NCBI GenBank assembly: GCA_905331295.1
Contig: CAJNYD010000154.1
Location: forward strand, 1-36,063
Length of the DNA: 36,063 bases
Source: Rotaria socialis
Taxonomy: Eukaryota
Reading direction: 5' to 3'
Part shown: in pieces, positions 23,285-33,235 of the stretch
How the letters are laid out: the number at the start of each line of letters is the position of its first letter
Numbering within the stretch: position 1 is the stretch's first letter
Translations under genes and position numbers: made by a program
The notes under the pieces: model-generated
What the model was told of the DNA's origin: nothing
What the model saw: only the letters and a program-made list of their open reading frames with translations
The model's database searches: none

Positions 23285-23961
23285 CCCAGGACGATGGTTC
23301 CGGCCTCCGGATTCCGCAGGATCCTTCAGAAAAGATGCTGGAAACCCACAGGATCTTGCGTGAAAACACCGGAAATCGCTGGAAGACGGAAGCAGTATTC
23401 CGGTCGAAAACTGCCAGGATTTTTCCGGTGGATTCCTGCCAATTTCCTGTGCTTTCCGGCAGGAGCTGACCGGAAATCATCGGAAAAAATCCGGAAAATT
23501 TCCTACCGGAATACTCAAGGGGGAAAAAGCAGACTGCTGTACTTCTTGATGCTTCTCGGTACTTCTTCAGTACTTCTTGGTACTTCTTCAGTACTTCTTG
23601 GTACTTCTCTGTACTTCTTGGTACTTCTCTGTACTTCTTGGTACTTCTCTGTACTTATGTTTCTAAAACAAAAAAAAAGTATTTGAGTTGAGGAATTCCC
23701 AATAACAGAACAAAAATGTTTCACGAATGGGAAGTCTCAATAACAGAATACTTCTGTTCTGTTTTATGGGCAAAAATCAAGTGAACAGATGTGTACTTCT
23801 CTTGTACTTCTCAGTACTTCTTGGTACTTCTTGGTACTTCTCTGTACTTCTGTATTTCTGAAGTGCAGAAGTCTGCTTCTTCCCCTTGGGAATACAGCTT
23901 CTATGAAATCGCTGGAATGTCTCGAAACGAGCCGTTTCCGTGCCGGAATGTTCGACCTGGG
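23285..23961. mobile_element. CCC-terminus MITE with 2-bp TSD (CA) and CCGGA subrepeats (CMC-like), interrupted by 23516-23888
   Basis: cccaggacgatggttccggc / cccaggtcgaacattccggc (reverse complement); CA at 23283-23284 and 23962-23963. Confidence 0.75.
23516..23888. mobile_element. CAAGGGG-terminus MITE with (GTACTTCTTG/GTACTTCTCT)n arrays and 8-bp TSD
   Basis: CAAGGGGGAAAAAGCAGACT / CAAGGGGAAGAAGCAGACT; flanks GGAATACT and GGAATACA (7/8 match). Confidence 0.85.
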
Positions 23962-23984
23962 CAGATAAAACTCCGATGATCGCC

Positions 23985-24045
23985 CAAGGGGGAAACGGCA
24001 GACTTTTGGACTTCAAGTTACTTTAAGCTACTTGGTCCTAAACCC
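23985..24045. mobile_element. Left end of another CAAGGGGG element, running up to the assembly gap
   Basis: caagggggaaacggcagacttttggacttcaag; related fragment at ~34313-34395. Confidence 0.55.
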
Positions 24046-24046
24046 N
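24046..24046. other. Single N, probable contig join
   Basis: n in the sequence; elements on both sides appear truncated at or near it. Confidence 0.9.
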
Positions 24047-24391
24047 CGGAAGACCAACGTTCTTTTATGGCATGTGGTTTGCATAATACATCAGAGAATT
24101 ATGAATTTTTTTACTAGTTTTACTACTCGCACATTGCTGATGATCGATCAAGTATAAGGGGATTATACCTTGTTTGAAACCAAAACAATTAAGGTTTTCA
24201 AAACATGTTTGGCGATTTACTACTAGATTTAGTTTGAAGACTTTGATTTTTTTGTCTTCAAACAAGGTATAAACCCCTTATACTTGATCGATCATCAGCA
24301 ATGTGCGAGTAGTAAAACTAGTAAAAAAATTCATAATTCTCTGATGTATTATGCAAACCACATGCCATAAAAGAACGTTGGTCTTCCGGCC
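24047..24391. mobile_element. Young hairpin MITE: 132-bp arms with one mismatch and a 78-bp spacer; left tip lost in the gap
   Basis: 24047-24178 is the reverse complement of 24257-24388; right terminus ...ttggtcttccggcc. Confidence 0.85.
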
Positions 24392-24581
24392 AGACTGATC
24401 AACCCCATATACTCTAAATACCTTAATATTCGAATAACTCGATTCGCGCAAGCTATAAGTAGTTCATACTTAAAATTTGTTAGTTTCACAATTGGAGTGT
24501 TCATTTGATACGAGCATGACCAATCTTTCTGCTCATCAATACAAACCCTTTCATTGTAAAATAACTTGATTCGTCTTGCAG

Positions 24582-24743
24582 AGCGGTGGTAATGCGTATG
24601 CTTTGTACACGATTGACAAAATCAATGGTGCCCTTGTCGTGGTTCGTCCTGACGGATACACTGCTCAAATTACTCATGTTTCTGCTGCCGGTGTCAAGGA
24701 GATCGAGAGCTACTTTGAAAACATCCTCGTTCCGCAACAATAA
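24582..24743 (+). CDS. Terminal exon of the phenol 2-monooxygenase (53 aa plus TAA)
   Basis: After tcgtcttgcAG it reads SGGNAYALYTIDKINGALVVVRPDGYTAQITHVSAAGVKEIESYFENILVPQQ*. The G.AY..Y.ID...GA.VVVRPDGY...YF pattern is the family C-terminus; phase 0 matches the donor at 6082. Confidence 0.92.
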   Translation, partial: SGGNAYALYTIDKINGALVVVRPDGYTAQITHVSAAGVKEIESYFENILVPQQ

Positions 24744-24988
24744 GTATTTGGATGGATTGGACACATTGACCCTATATTTTATGCATTTTGCTTACATTAT
24801 TTTTCTATCATAGAGATTGTCATTTCCACTCATTGTACCCAACTGAACGACGAGTTATGTTTGCGTAACGTTTAGTTCACTCATCACTAGTTGTGTATGG
24901 ACATGGATTAAAAATATAGATCTTTTCGTCGTCTATTGTCTGAAATAGCAGTTCAAATGTCAGATGATCAGGCTTTTCTGGTGTTTCA

Positions 24989-25298
24989 GGGTTACCGGAA
25001 CTTCGCCAATATGACTTCCGCCAATAGGACACTCGCCAATGGAGAAACTGCGGGGATATTTTGACCAGCAACAACTGTACTTTCGCCAATTGTCACGAAA
25101 CAATATTAATATAGGATATACATGAGTCTAATTCACAATCCAATTGACGAAATTTCAGAAGAGGTGTTGGCGGAAGTACAGTGAACTTTCACCAATTGGC
25201 AAAATTCCAGAGAATCTTTTGACGAAATTACAGTGGACTTTCGCTACCGACGAAAGTGCTATTTAGCGAAAGTCTTATTGGCGAAGTTCCGAAATCCC
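24989..25298. mobile_element. GG-terminus MITE with 8-bp TSD and TTCGCCAAT subrepeats
   Basis: gggttaccggaacttcgccaat / gggatttcggaacttcgccaat (reverse complement); perfect TSD GTGTTTCA at 24981-24988 and 25299-25306. Confidence 0.88.
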
Positions 25299-26499
25299 GT
25301 GTTTCATAGGAAACAGACAAGATCTCCACCCAAAAATATGAGGATCGATAATTGTACAACGTTAAACTTCGAAACCCAATGTTTCACTCGAAAGAGTGTA
25401 CACATTTAGATATGGATCCGAAGTGTTATTCATTTTTAACAAAGTCTTTTAAGAGAGAATCCCCACACGGCCACCTCATCGGACTTATATTACAGGCAAA
25501 TAAAGTCCTGCGAGGTCGCGAATTGTAGCAACGGAAAACAAACTAACACTTTTTCAAAACCGACGTCAAGCCGCTCCTGTGGTGGTTACAGCCGAAATCG
25601 AATTGAAAACCGACTTCATGATTTCGAAAAAATTGTTTTTGTGAAGTCCTACTTTTGAAACGAGCCATCATCTAGTTCAAATATATTTAAAACTAAGTAA
25701 ACTATTCAGAAAAAAAAGTTACATCATTTCTACATTGAGTCTTCAATCATTGAAAGTTACGGAGAAAACTGAGTGAATTGATAAAGCCATGGCTGCCATT
25801 AAGTCAATTAGTCTCAAGGCGATTCGTTGAAGGCAATTCATCGTATCATTTTCTATTGCTAAATATTTATTGCATAGCCATTGAACAGCTGAAGAGAAAA
25901 TAAATCAATAAAAGGTACAGAAGTCTCTATATCGCAACTTTTCTCAGAATGATGGCCTCAAGACGCAGAAGTAAGTCACCTGGTAATGTGCGTCTATGAA
26001 CAACTATGTTGCGCCTCAAGCCATCAAAACATTATAGGATTTTGCGTTCTAATAATGAACTTGGCTTTAAACTAGACAAATGAGGAATTAATCCAATGTT
26101 CTTAACTGTGCGACTCAAACATACAACAAAACGGTTCCCGTGAAAAATGGATACTCTTCACCAACATAATCACAATATTTTCCATGATGATACACCACAA
26201 ACTTTATACTTTCATGTAGGGGTGCTCTGAAAAAAATAAAGGTGTCATACTGAACCATCTGGACTAAAAAATAGTTCTAGCGAAGATACTGAACCTTTTA
26301 AGGTTCTATTCGTTTATTAATAAACCATCCAGGGTTCTAGCTAATTTCCAGAACCATCTCAGATCCTCAATAGTTCCGGATGTTTGAAAGGGTTCTGCCT
26401 TGCACCATTTTTTTTATGCTGAACCATTTTTCCAAAGATGGTTCTGGCTTGAACCAAGACGCGATATTTTTGCTGAATGTAATTTACTTAATGTAAATC

Positions 26500-26840
26500 G
26501 AAAATAGGTTATCGAGGTCCCGGAATCCGAATCCATCACTAGTTTTTCGATCTGAGCTTCCATTGGTCAGAAATTCGGTCCATCAAAAATTGGATGGTCA
26601 CAAAGTTAGACTTTTTAGTTCGACTCTGATCTCAGTTCTAATCGAAGTTTGAAATAGGTTATCGAGGTCTGCGAATCCGAATTCGTCATCATTTTTTCGA
26701 TTTGAGCTCTCATTGGCCAGAGATTGGGTCAGTCAAAAATTCGACGGCCACAAAGTTAGATTTTTATTTCAACTCCGATCGCAGTTCTGAGCGCAGTTTG
26801 AAATAGGTTATCGAGGTCCAGGAATCCGAATTCGTCATCA
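26500..26840 (+). repeat. ~150-bp tandem repeat, about 2.3 copies
   Basis: aaataggttatcgaggtc...gaatccgaat recurs at ~26501, 26651 and 26800 with colinear intervening sequence. Confidence 0.88.
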
Positions 26841-27052
26841 TCGATTCCAATCCCGGAGATCCAATAGTTGAATGATGGATCTGGGAAGTTGTGTCCCGAT
26901 TATTAATTCAATGATAAATGGTAACTTATGCAATGCGGTTGTTCTTTTATCTTTTTCGGCATGTCACAATTATCAATAGGCAGGTAATGTCAATCTGGTA
27001 AAATCAAGTCAATATTTTCGGTACTAGTACAATTCGTCGCATATATATGAAC

Positions 27053-27166
27053 CAGTGATGGGACCGGTTCGGTTCGAAATTTTGAAAAATTCGGTCGGTT
27101 CGGTTCGGTTTGAGATTTTTTCGGTTCGATTCGGTTCCAAAAAAACACGAACCGATCCCATCACTG
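27053..27166. mobile_element. 114-bp hAT-type MITE with (CGGTT)n
   Basis: CAGTGATGGGA(C/T)CGGTTCG TIR; flanks ATATGAAC / ATAGGAAC (7/8 match). Confidence 0.85.
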
Positions 27167-27276
27167 ATAGGAACGAGAGTGAATTAATTGGATTAAGTAA
27201 TTTTGTTTAGTTTGTTTTTCAATTAATAACCTCAATAAATGTTTTCATTCACAAAAATGAGACTCTTTTTCGACTA

Positions 27277-27764
27277 TTTTGTGAAACACGATCTAAAAAA
27301 AGTGTTGAAGTGCTTAGGGGCAAAAATTCGAACTCATCCCCCCCCTCCCACAGACCGTGACAGGCAGGGTTCTCGGGTATCACAGACCGTGACAGACAAA
27401 CCTCAGTCCCATCACAGACCGTGACCGGCAAACCTCAGTACCATCAAAGACCGTGACAGACAAGCTTCAGGACCATCACAGACCGGGACAGACACCGTTG
27501 GGGATGATCAGAAAAGTAGTAGACGGGCTGCAGAGGCGTCGCTGAACATCACCGATCTTTGTTACAGGATTAGTGAATATGCGTCACTAATTTCTGAGAC
27601 GAGTGTACTAGATGCATCTTTATCGCAGCTCTAGTAGTTGAATGAGAAATTATGAGTGATTTTTTACCGGGGTTCATGAAAGAAAGCAGGATTTGCGTGA
27701 CTAATGAGCGCTGCTACATCGTGTTTCACATTTTTAATCCCAAAGGGATTGCGCTAACAGCTTT
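27277..27764 (+). mobile_element. HINE-like element, copy 3, with an internal ~32-bp tandem repeat (27349-27495)
   Basis: 5' TTTT-GTGAAACACG; 3' CGTGTTTCACA, then perfect hairpin AATCCC-AAA-GGGATT, GCGCTAACAGC and T-run; no TSD seen. Confidence 0.7.
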
Positions 27765-28462
27765 GTTTTTCAAAAAAGGATAGAGCTGTCGATTTACATT
27801 TAATTTATATTAAATTCATAGCAGCTAAAATAAAGCTTAACTCAAAATAAAATAACTTTTTTGAATTAAAATGTGATTTCAAAATTATTTTGGACTTGAA
27901 AAATTATTTTTTCACTTTAAAATTTTAAAGAATTTATTTCTTTATATATGTAATAGACCCTTTTAGATTTTTGATGCTTCAATCTGTAAAAAAGACGATG
28001 TCTAAAGAAAACTAAAGTTATAAGATTTAATCCAAGTATTCTTCTAATGTTCGCAAGATCGGAAACTCAAAAAAGAAGTTGTTGAGAGTTTTCAAAACTA
28101 CTGTATTGAATGGTAGAACAACTTTTCCAATGACGAAAAATTGTTCCACAAAGTACTGAACGAACGAAACAGATCAAGAAATAGTAGATTTTGCCATCAT
28201 ATCTTCTTGAATCTCTTGCCGCAAAATTTTTCACAAGACCGTAAAAGAAATGATTTGAGTTTCATTTAATAACAGACTATTTGCATTGTGATTGAAGAAT
28301 TCTCTTAGTAATTTTTACGAACCAAATCATTTGTTTGTTGAAAGAACATCTGCTATCCATAAGGGAGATCTTCTCATCTTTTAAAAAAGTTTACATTGTA
28401 ATAAAAATAAAAATTTAAGAGTTTAAAATTATTTTAGGGAAAATTGAAATTTAAAATTTTGT

Positions 28463-28561
28463 AGGGTGTCCCAAATAAAATATAACCCTTATGAACCTTC
28501 TGAATATAGTAACTGTGTTGTAAAAATTTCGTAGGGGGGTAAGTTGTATTTGAGACACCCC
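28463..28561. mobile_element. ~100-bp GGGTGTC-terminus mini-MITE
   Basis: agggtgtcccaaataaaa / ggggtgtctcaaatacaa (reverse complement). Confidence 0.6.
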
Positions 28562-28594
28562 GCCATTTTTTGCTAGAATTCTTCAAATACTCCA

Positions 28595-30823
28595 CCCATG
28601 GAAAAAAAATTCAAAAAAAGAACGGATGAGAACGCATTGTCGAGATAAAAGACTGCGTTGTGAAGACGCTTTTTTCAACCTTTTCAGACGCGTTTGTGTA
28701 ATGAAAAACGCGTTCTTTTAAATAACAAGAACCGGTTCTGACGAAACGTTCCATAGGAACATGTTTTTCGCGGTAAGAACGCGTTCTTACTTAGAAGAAA
28801 AAAAATGATTTTTTATTGAATTTTCAACTCTGTGAATGTCTCGAACGCGTTTCTTTGCTATTCGTATAGGTTCTCAGACTGCTGGTTCCTCTATTCGAAT
28901 ACTTGTGTTCGCACTGAACGCGTTCCAATTCGTTTTGTTTTTACTACCGTAGAGTGGATTCTACCAGATGAACATGTAGTTTCGAAGTAGTGAATATCCG
29001 AATGAACTATACTTACGTATGTTTGAAGTGCTAAATTATCTATTTGTATTAAACAAAATTTATTCTGACTTGACGAAATTTAAACTTAAGACTGATCCAT
29101 TTACGTTTACGAAAAACTTGATAAATTCAAAAATAAATTTAAAGAACTTTAATTCCCTTTAAAATAAAATATTGGAAATTTAACTTTTTAATATTTTTTG
29201 ACATTTAATAAAAGTTTTCTAATCTAGCTTATATTAATAAAAATTCAATACAAAGCTGTTCAAATTCAATTAAAATTCATGTAATTAGACTTAAATATTT
29301 CTTAGGCGATCTAAACTCATTTACTGTGATTTTTATCGAATTCAAGTTTAATTAAATTGGTTTAAATTGAATTTACATAGTACGATCGATTTGAGTAAAT
29401 ATAAATTTTTTTTTATTTTAAAAACTTAAATTCATTATAAATTAAAATCGACAAAAGCTAAATTTAATAGAAATTAATTAGAAATCGATGGACACTTCTG
29501 ATTTTTATTATGAGCTACAATAAGTGACAGGTTCGATGGCAAATAAAAATGTGATGAATACATTTGAGACAGACGTTAGTATAACTTTTGCAAAATTTCT
29601 GTTTATGTTTAAAATCAATTGAAACCTTCCCGATTACTATTTTTCAAATAAGAGAAAGAATATACGATTTGAGAATGTACATTAAAAGAGTATTTTCTAA
29701 AAACGACTTGTCATAATGATACTTTTGAAGCTAAAATGTGAAATTTATATATGTGAATTAGCCTAGTTTAGCCAACACAATGCACGAATTAAAAATTTTC
29801 TTGCAAATTATATTTACATTTCAAGATAGTTCGTCAGTCAGTTATCAGAACAACGATTCGCGCTTTTTATTTCTGCATTTTTACAAGATGTATTTTTCAT
29901 CATTTTCTTTAAAAACACATAGCTGTTCCATAAAACAACTACTGCAACTCTCTTGGGAGATATTTACTTTAAAGTAATTAGATACAGTCATTTTTATGAT
30001 GTAAGCTGGGAACACTCCTACAACTGTAGTTGAAAAGGTATTTTCATTTGTTGATGCTAATGAAATTACTCTCATTCGACTGTTAAATCTAACTGAAAGT
30101 AGTTAATTTAATTTGCTTGGCGTACATGTTAGTATTATATTTCTATTAAATAAATATGTTGAAGTTCATGAAATAAATACTTGATTTAAAGATCTGTAAT
30201 TATAATTTTATGAAATAAAAATGAATATGAGATTAGCGAATTCGTTTGATAAAAAAACACTATTTTAGGAAAAAGGAAAATCATTTATTACGAAACTCTA
30301 GATAGATGATCACTTTGCCTAACAAGACTCTACCTTTCAGTACATTGCAACAGAAAGAAATTTATTCATGTTGACACATAATTCTTAATTGGCATAGCAC
30401 TTTCGTTACATGTATTCCGACACATTTCCAGTAATGAATTCCATTAAGCCAAAATGAGCACTTTTTCACTACATAAAAAAACGCGTTCTGAGAGTTGCTG
30501 AACAAGTTCTTCAGTATACGTTTTCAAGTGTTTTTGGGAAAACGGGTTTTCTAACTATAAGAACGAATTACTCGCGAACAAGTTCAACGCATATAAGTTG
30601 AAAGCGTTCGTACGATAAAAGACGCCTACACTATTAACGCATTCAATATAATAAAAACGCGTTACTTACCAACAAGACTGCGTTCGAACGCGTTCAAAAT
30701 TTTGAGAAACGCGTCTGAACGCGTCAATTCGTTCTTAGAACGCGTTTGTAGTCGATAAAATACGTTCAATTTTTTCGAAAATGCGTTCTTTCACGTTCAT
30801 TATAAGGAATATTTTTCCATGGG
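28595..30823. mobile_element. CCC-terminus element with 2-bp TSD (CA) and AACGCGTT subterminal repeats (CMC/EnSpm-like)
   Basis: CCCATGGAAAAA TIR at both ends; CA at 28593-28594 and 30824-30825; ACGCGT-rich zones at 28620-28930 and 30480-30800. Confidence 0.82.
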
Positions 30824-31291
30824 CAAGATAAAAAAAATTAAAGTTTTATTTTTCTTAACACAATTTTAATTTATACTGTCACGTACATTTATATAAATAA
30901 TTGATAAACAAACTAAACAAAATCACTTAATCCAATTAATTCACTCTCTTTCCTTTATATGCGACGAATTGTTCTGCGACGAATTGATCGCGACGAATTA
31001 AACGGTCACCATATTTTCTTTATTTAGGTATGTAGCAATAATCAATTGAAATGCAAGTTTAATATGATAAAATGAATTAATGCTTTCATCTATTTAGGTA
31101 TATGTGAATAATTGATTTCATGGCAAGTTCCATCTTACAATATAAGTTACTCTTCTTTTTTTGTTTAGGATCGCCTTAGCAACAAGTAACGGTGATAACC
31201 GTTTCGTGCGAATAAAGGAAAACATGCTGGCTCGTATTCTTCTCACAACAAATCCAGATAAATATAACACATACAATTTAGTGGTTCAGCA

Positions 31292-31505
31292 TAGAAATTA
31301 GGGTTAAGGTTAGAATTAAGGGTTAAGGATAGAAATTAGGGTAAAGGATAAAAATTAGGTTAAGGTTAGAATTAAGGGTAAAGGATAGAAATTAGGTTTA
31401 GGTTAGAATTAAGGGTAAAGGATAGAAATTAGGTTTAGGTTAGAATTAAGGGTTAAGGATAGTAGTAAGGGTTCAGAATAGAATTTAGGGTTTAGGATAG
31501 ACATA
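31292..31505 (+). repeat. G-rich array of alternating ~18-19-bp units (TAGAAATTAGGTTAAGGT / TAGAATTAAGGGTAAAGGA)
   Basis: Read directly; TTAGG/TTAAGG submotifs as at 17695-17925. Confidence 0.88.
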
Positions 31506-32951
31506 AGGGATTACATATGAAATTAACGGTTGGATATAGCGTTAGTCGTGAGTACTAGACTAATTGAGTGCGGCTGACTACATTTTACTACTCTAGAAAC
31601 ATTTTTTTGAAGAAAAAGGAAAAGGTTCTAGCTAGAACCTTAAAAGGTTCAGTATGACACCTTTTTTTTTTAGAGAGTGTGAATTTATTGTTATTGCTAT
31701 TAATAATAAAAAATAACAAATAACTTTTTTTTCTGAAGAACCTTCAAACTCGAATTACTATTTATCTCAACTATACCAATTCTATTGGTACATGTTCAAG
31801 GAATGAATTTGCTACAGCTATGACATCAACCGATATGGAAATTTGAGAATTTGCATATATCATATACAGGGTGGGTCAAAAGTAACAGGATGAATAGTTT
31901 TATCGATTTTTTTCTTTAAATATCGACAGTTACATATCATATATATAATAGATATACTAGGTGATACTACTGAGAGATATATCATATGATCAGCCTCTAA
32001 GTATAGAAATTTATTTCAAAACATATACATGAATTAATTGCTCGTTTGGGTCTATATGAAAAATTCGATGTTTTTTGTATTACATACGATTTCCATATTC
32101 TTGTTTGTTCATCCCACTTTGGAATATAAATTCGATTGAATTGAATTGAATTTTGTATTCTTTTGGTCTAAATGAGCTCAAAATCTGATCGAATCGAATT
32201 TGTATCTCAGATTGGGATAAACAGACAAAGAATGTGGAAATCGTATATAATACAAAAAACATCGAATTTTTCATATAGACGCATACGAGCAATTAATACA
32301 TGTATATGTTTTGAAATAAATTGCTATGCGTAGAGGCTGATCATATGATATATCTCTGACTAGTATCACCTAGTATATCTAGTATAGATATGAGATGTAA
32401 CTGTCGATATTTAAAGAAAAACAATCGATAAAACTATTTATCCTGTTACTTTTGGCCCACCCCAAAAGCTGCTAACCTGGCCTGCTGCCTGCCAGGTGCC
32501 TGTATGGCAGCAGACCAGGCTGGATTTTTAAATTTTCACCTGGCACAATCAGGCTAGAAAAGTTTTGACCTCGTATGCAAGCCAGGCCAGGCTAAAGTTC
32601 TTAGCCTGGGTATGATTTAATACTAACATTTACAATATTCAATCCTAAGAATAAGGTGACTTCACGAGTCGACGATAATTGTCTCTGATATTTTCTGTTG
32701 ATCATCAAGTCAAATGAATATTTTTATAAGGCTTTTGACTGCATTTGTTACTATTAATTTTCAGTTCTCGGAGATTTAGAATTTTTCAATATCTTTTTGA
32801 ATTTTCTCCTTTAATGATACACAGCTACAATTATTTCTAGCACTTTTTTGCCAAAACTATTTAAAATTCTTCTTAATTTTTTCAATCTTATACAAAGGAA
32901 GATTGCGTCACTCAGTTAAAGAGTTTCATGGTTTCAAGAACTGGTCTAAAC

Positions 32952-33016
32952 TATGGGTGGGAAGTTGCGAATACCAGACAGTTACATCCCCGGGTAACGG
33001 TAACTTCCTGCCCCTA
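32952..33016. mobile_element. 65-bp hAT-type micro-MITE
   Basis: TATGGGTGGGAAGTT / TAGGGGCAGGAAGTT; flanks GTCTAAAC / GTTTAAAC, fitting the GTnTAnAC hAT target pattern. Confidence 0.7.
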
Positions 33017-33024
33017 GTTTAAAC

Positions 33025-33235
33025 TAGAATCGAATTCAGAGTTTCATTTAATGAAAATGATGGAGAATTAATTCCTGTCCACGCGTAAAATTATCGTGTG
33101 AATAAAAATCATCAAACTGCAGGATTAGTAGTAGTTTTTAAGCTAACTTTGAGAAGTTCTCATTCATACTTATTTGAGATTGAAGATATCTCGCACATCA
33201 GCAAGTATTCAAGATAATTGATAATTTCCATATCT
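33025..33235 (-). pseudogene. Possible decayed hAT transposase dimerisation-domain remnant
   Basis: Broken frames give EIINYL, SKLA*KLLL, NPAV, AWTG and LNETLNSIL in the order expected for this domain. Confidence 0.4.

Larger units (their letters stand above)
9165..24556. mobile_element. Putative old TIR element with ~150-bp diverged inverted repeats (9165-9316 and 24407-24556) enclosing ~15 kb of younger insertions
   Basis: caatggaagggtttgtactgataagcaaaaatattg...atcaaatgaacactc...aaactaacaaatttta matches the reverse complement of 24407-24556 (caatgaaagggtttgtattgatgagcagaaagattg...atcaaatgaacactc...aaactaacaaatttta). Could instead be two independent fragments of one family. Confidence 0.5.
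6082..24581 (+). other. Inferred ~18.5-kb phase-0 GT-AG intron filled with nested TEs
   Basis: GTATGT donor at 6082; ...ataacttgattcgtcttgcAG acceptor at 24580-24581; splicing gives continuous KVFCDEVAIDG|SGGNAYALYTID. True length uncertain because of the N at 24046. Confidence 0.85.
27020..31010. mobile_element. 4-kb GG-terminus element with 8-bp TSD and AATTCGTCGC subrepeats (MULE-like); hosts four insertions
   Basis: Perfect TSD ATATTTTC at 27012-27019 and 31011-31018; gagagtgaattaattggattaagt...tttgtttagtttgttt (27176-27220) is inverted at 30905-30948. Confidence 0.85.
26225..31679. mobile_element. CACT-terminus (EnSpm-like) element with GAACC/GGTTC subrepeats, a 150-bp tandem repeat and a G-rich array; hosts nested insertions
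   Basis: ctctgaaaaaaataaaggtgtcatactgaacc vs reverse complement cactctctaaaaaaaaaaggtgtcatactgaacc. Confidence 0.75.

Noticed and set aside
24501..24813. ORFs 24586-24813(+) and 24501-24764(-)
   Set aside because: Wrong-frame and antisense shadows of the true exon 24582-24743
27349..27495. Regularly spaced CACAGACCGTGAC motif resembling a CRISPR array
   Set aside because: The spacers are similar to each other (plain ~32-bp tandem repeat), the context is a eukaryotic TE, and there are no cas genes
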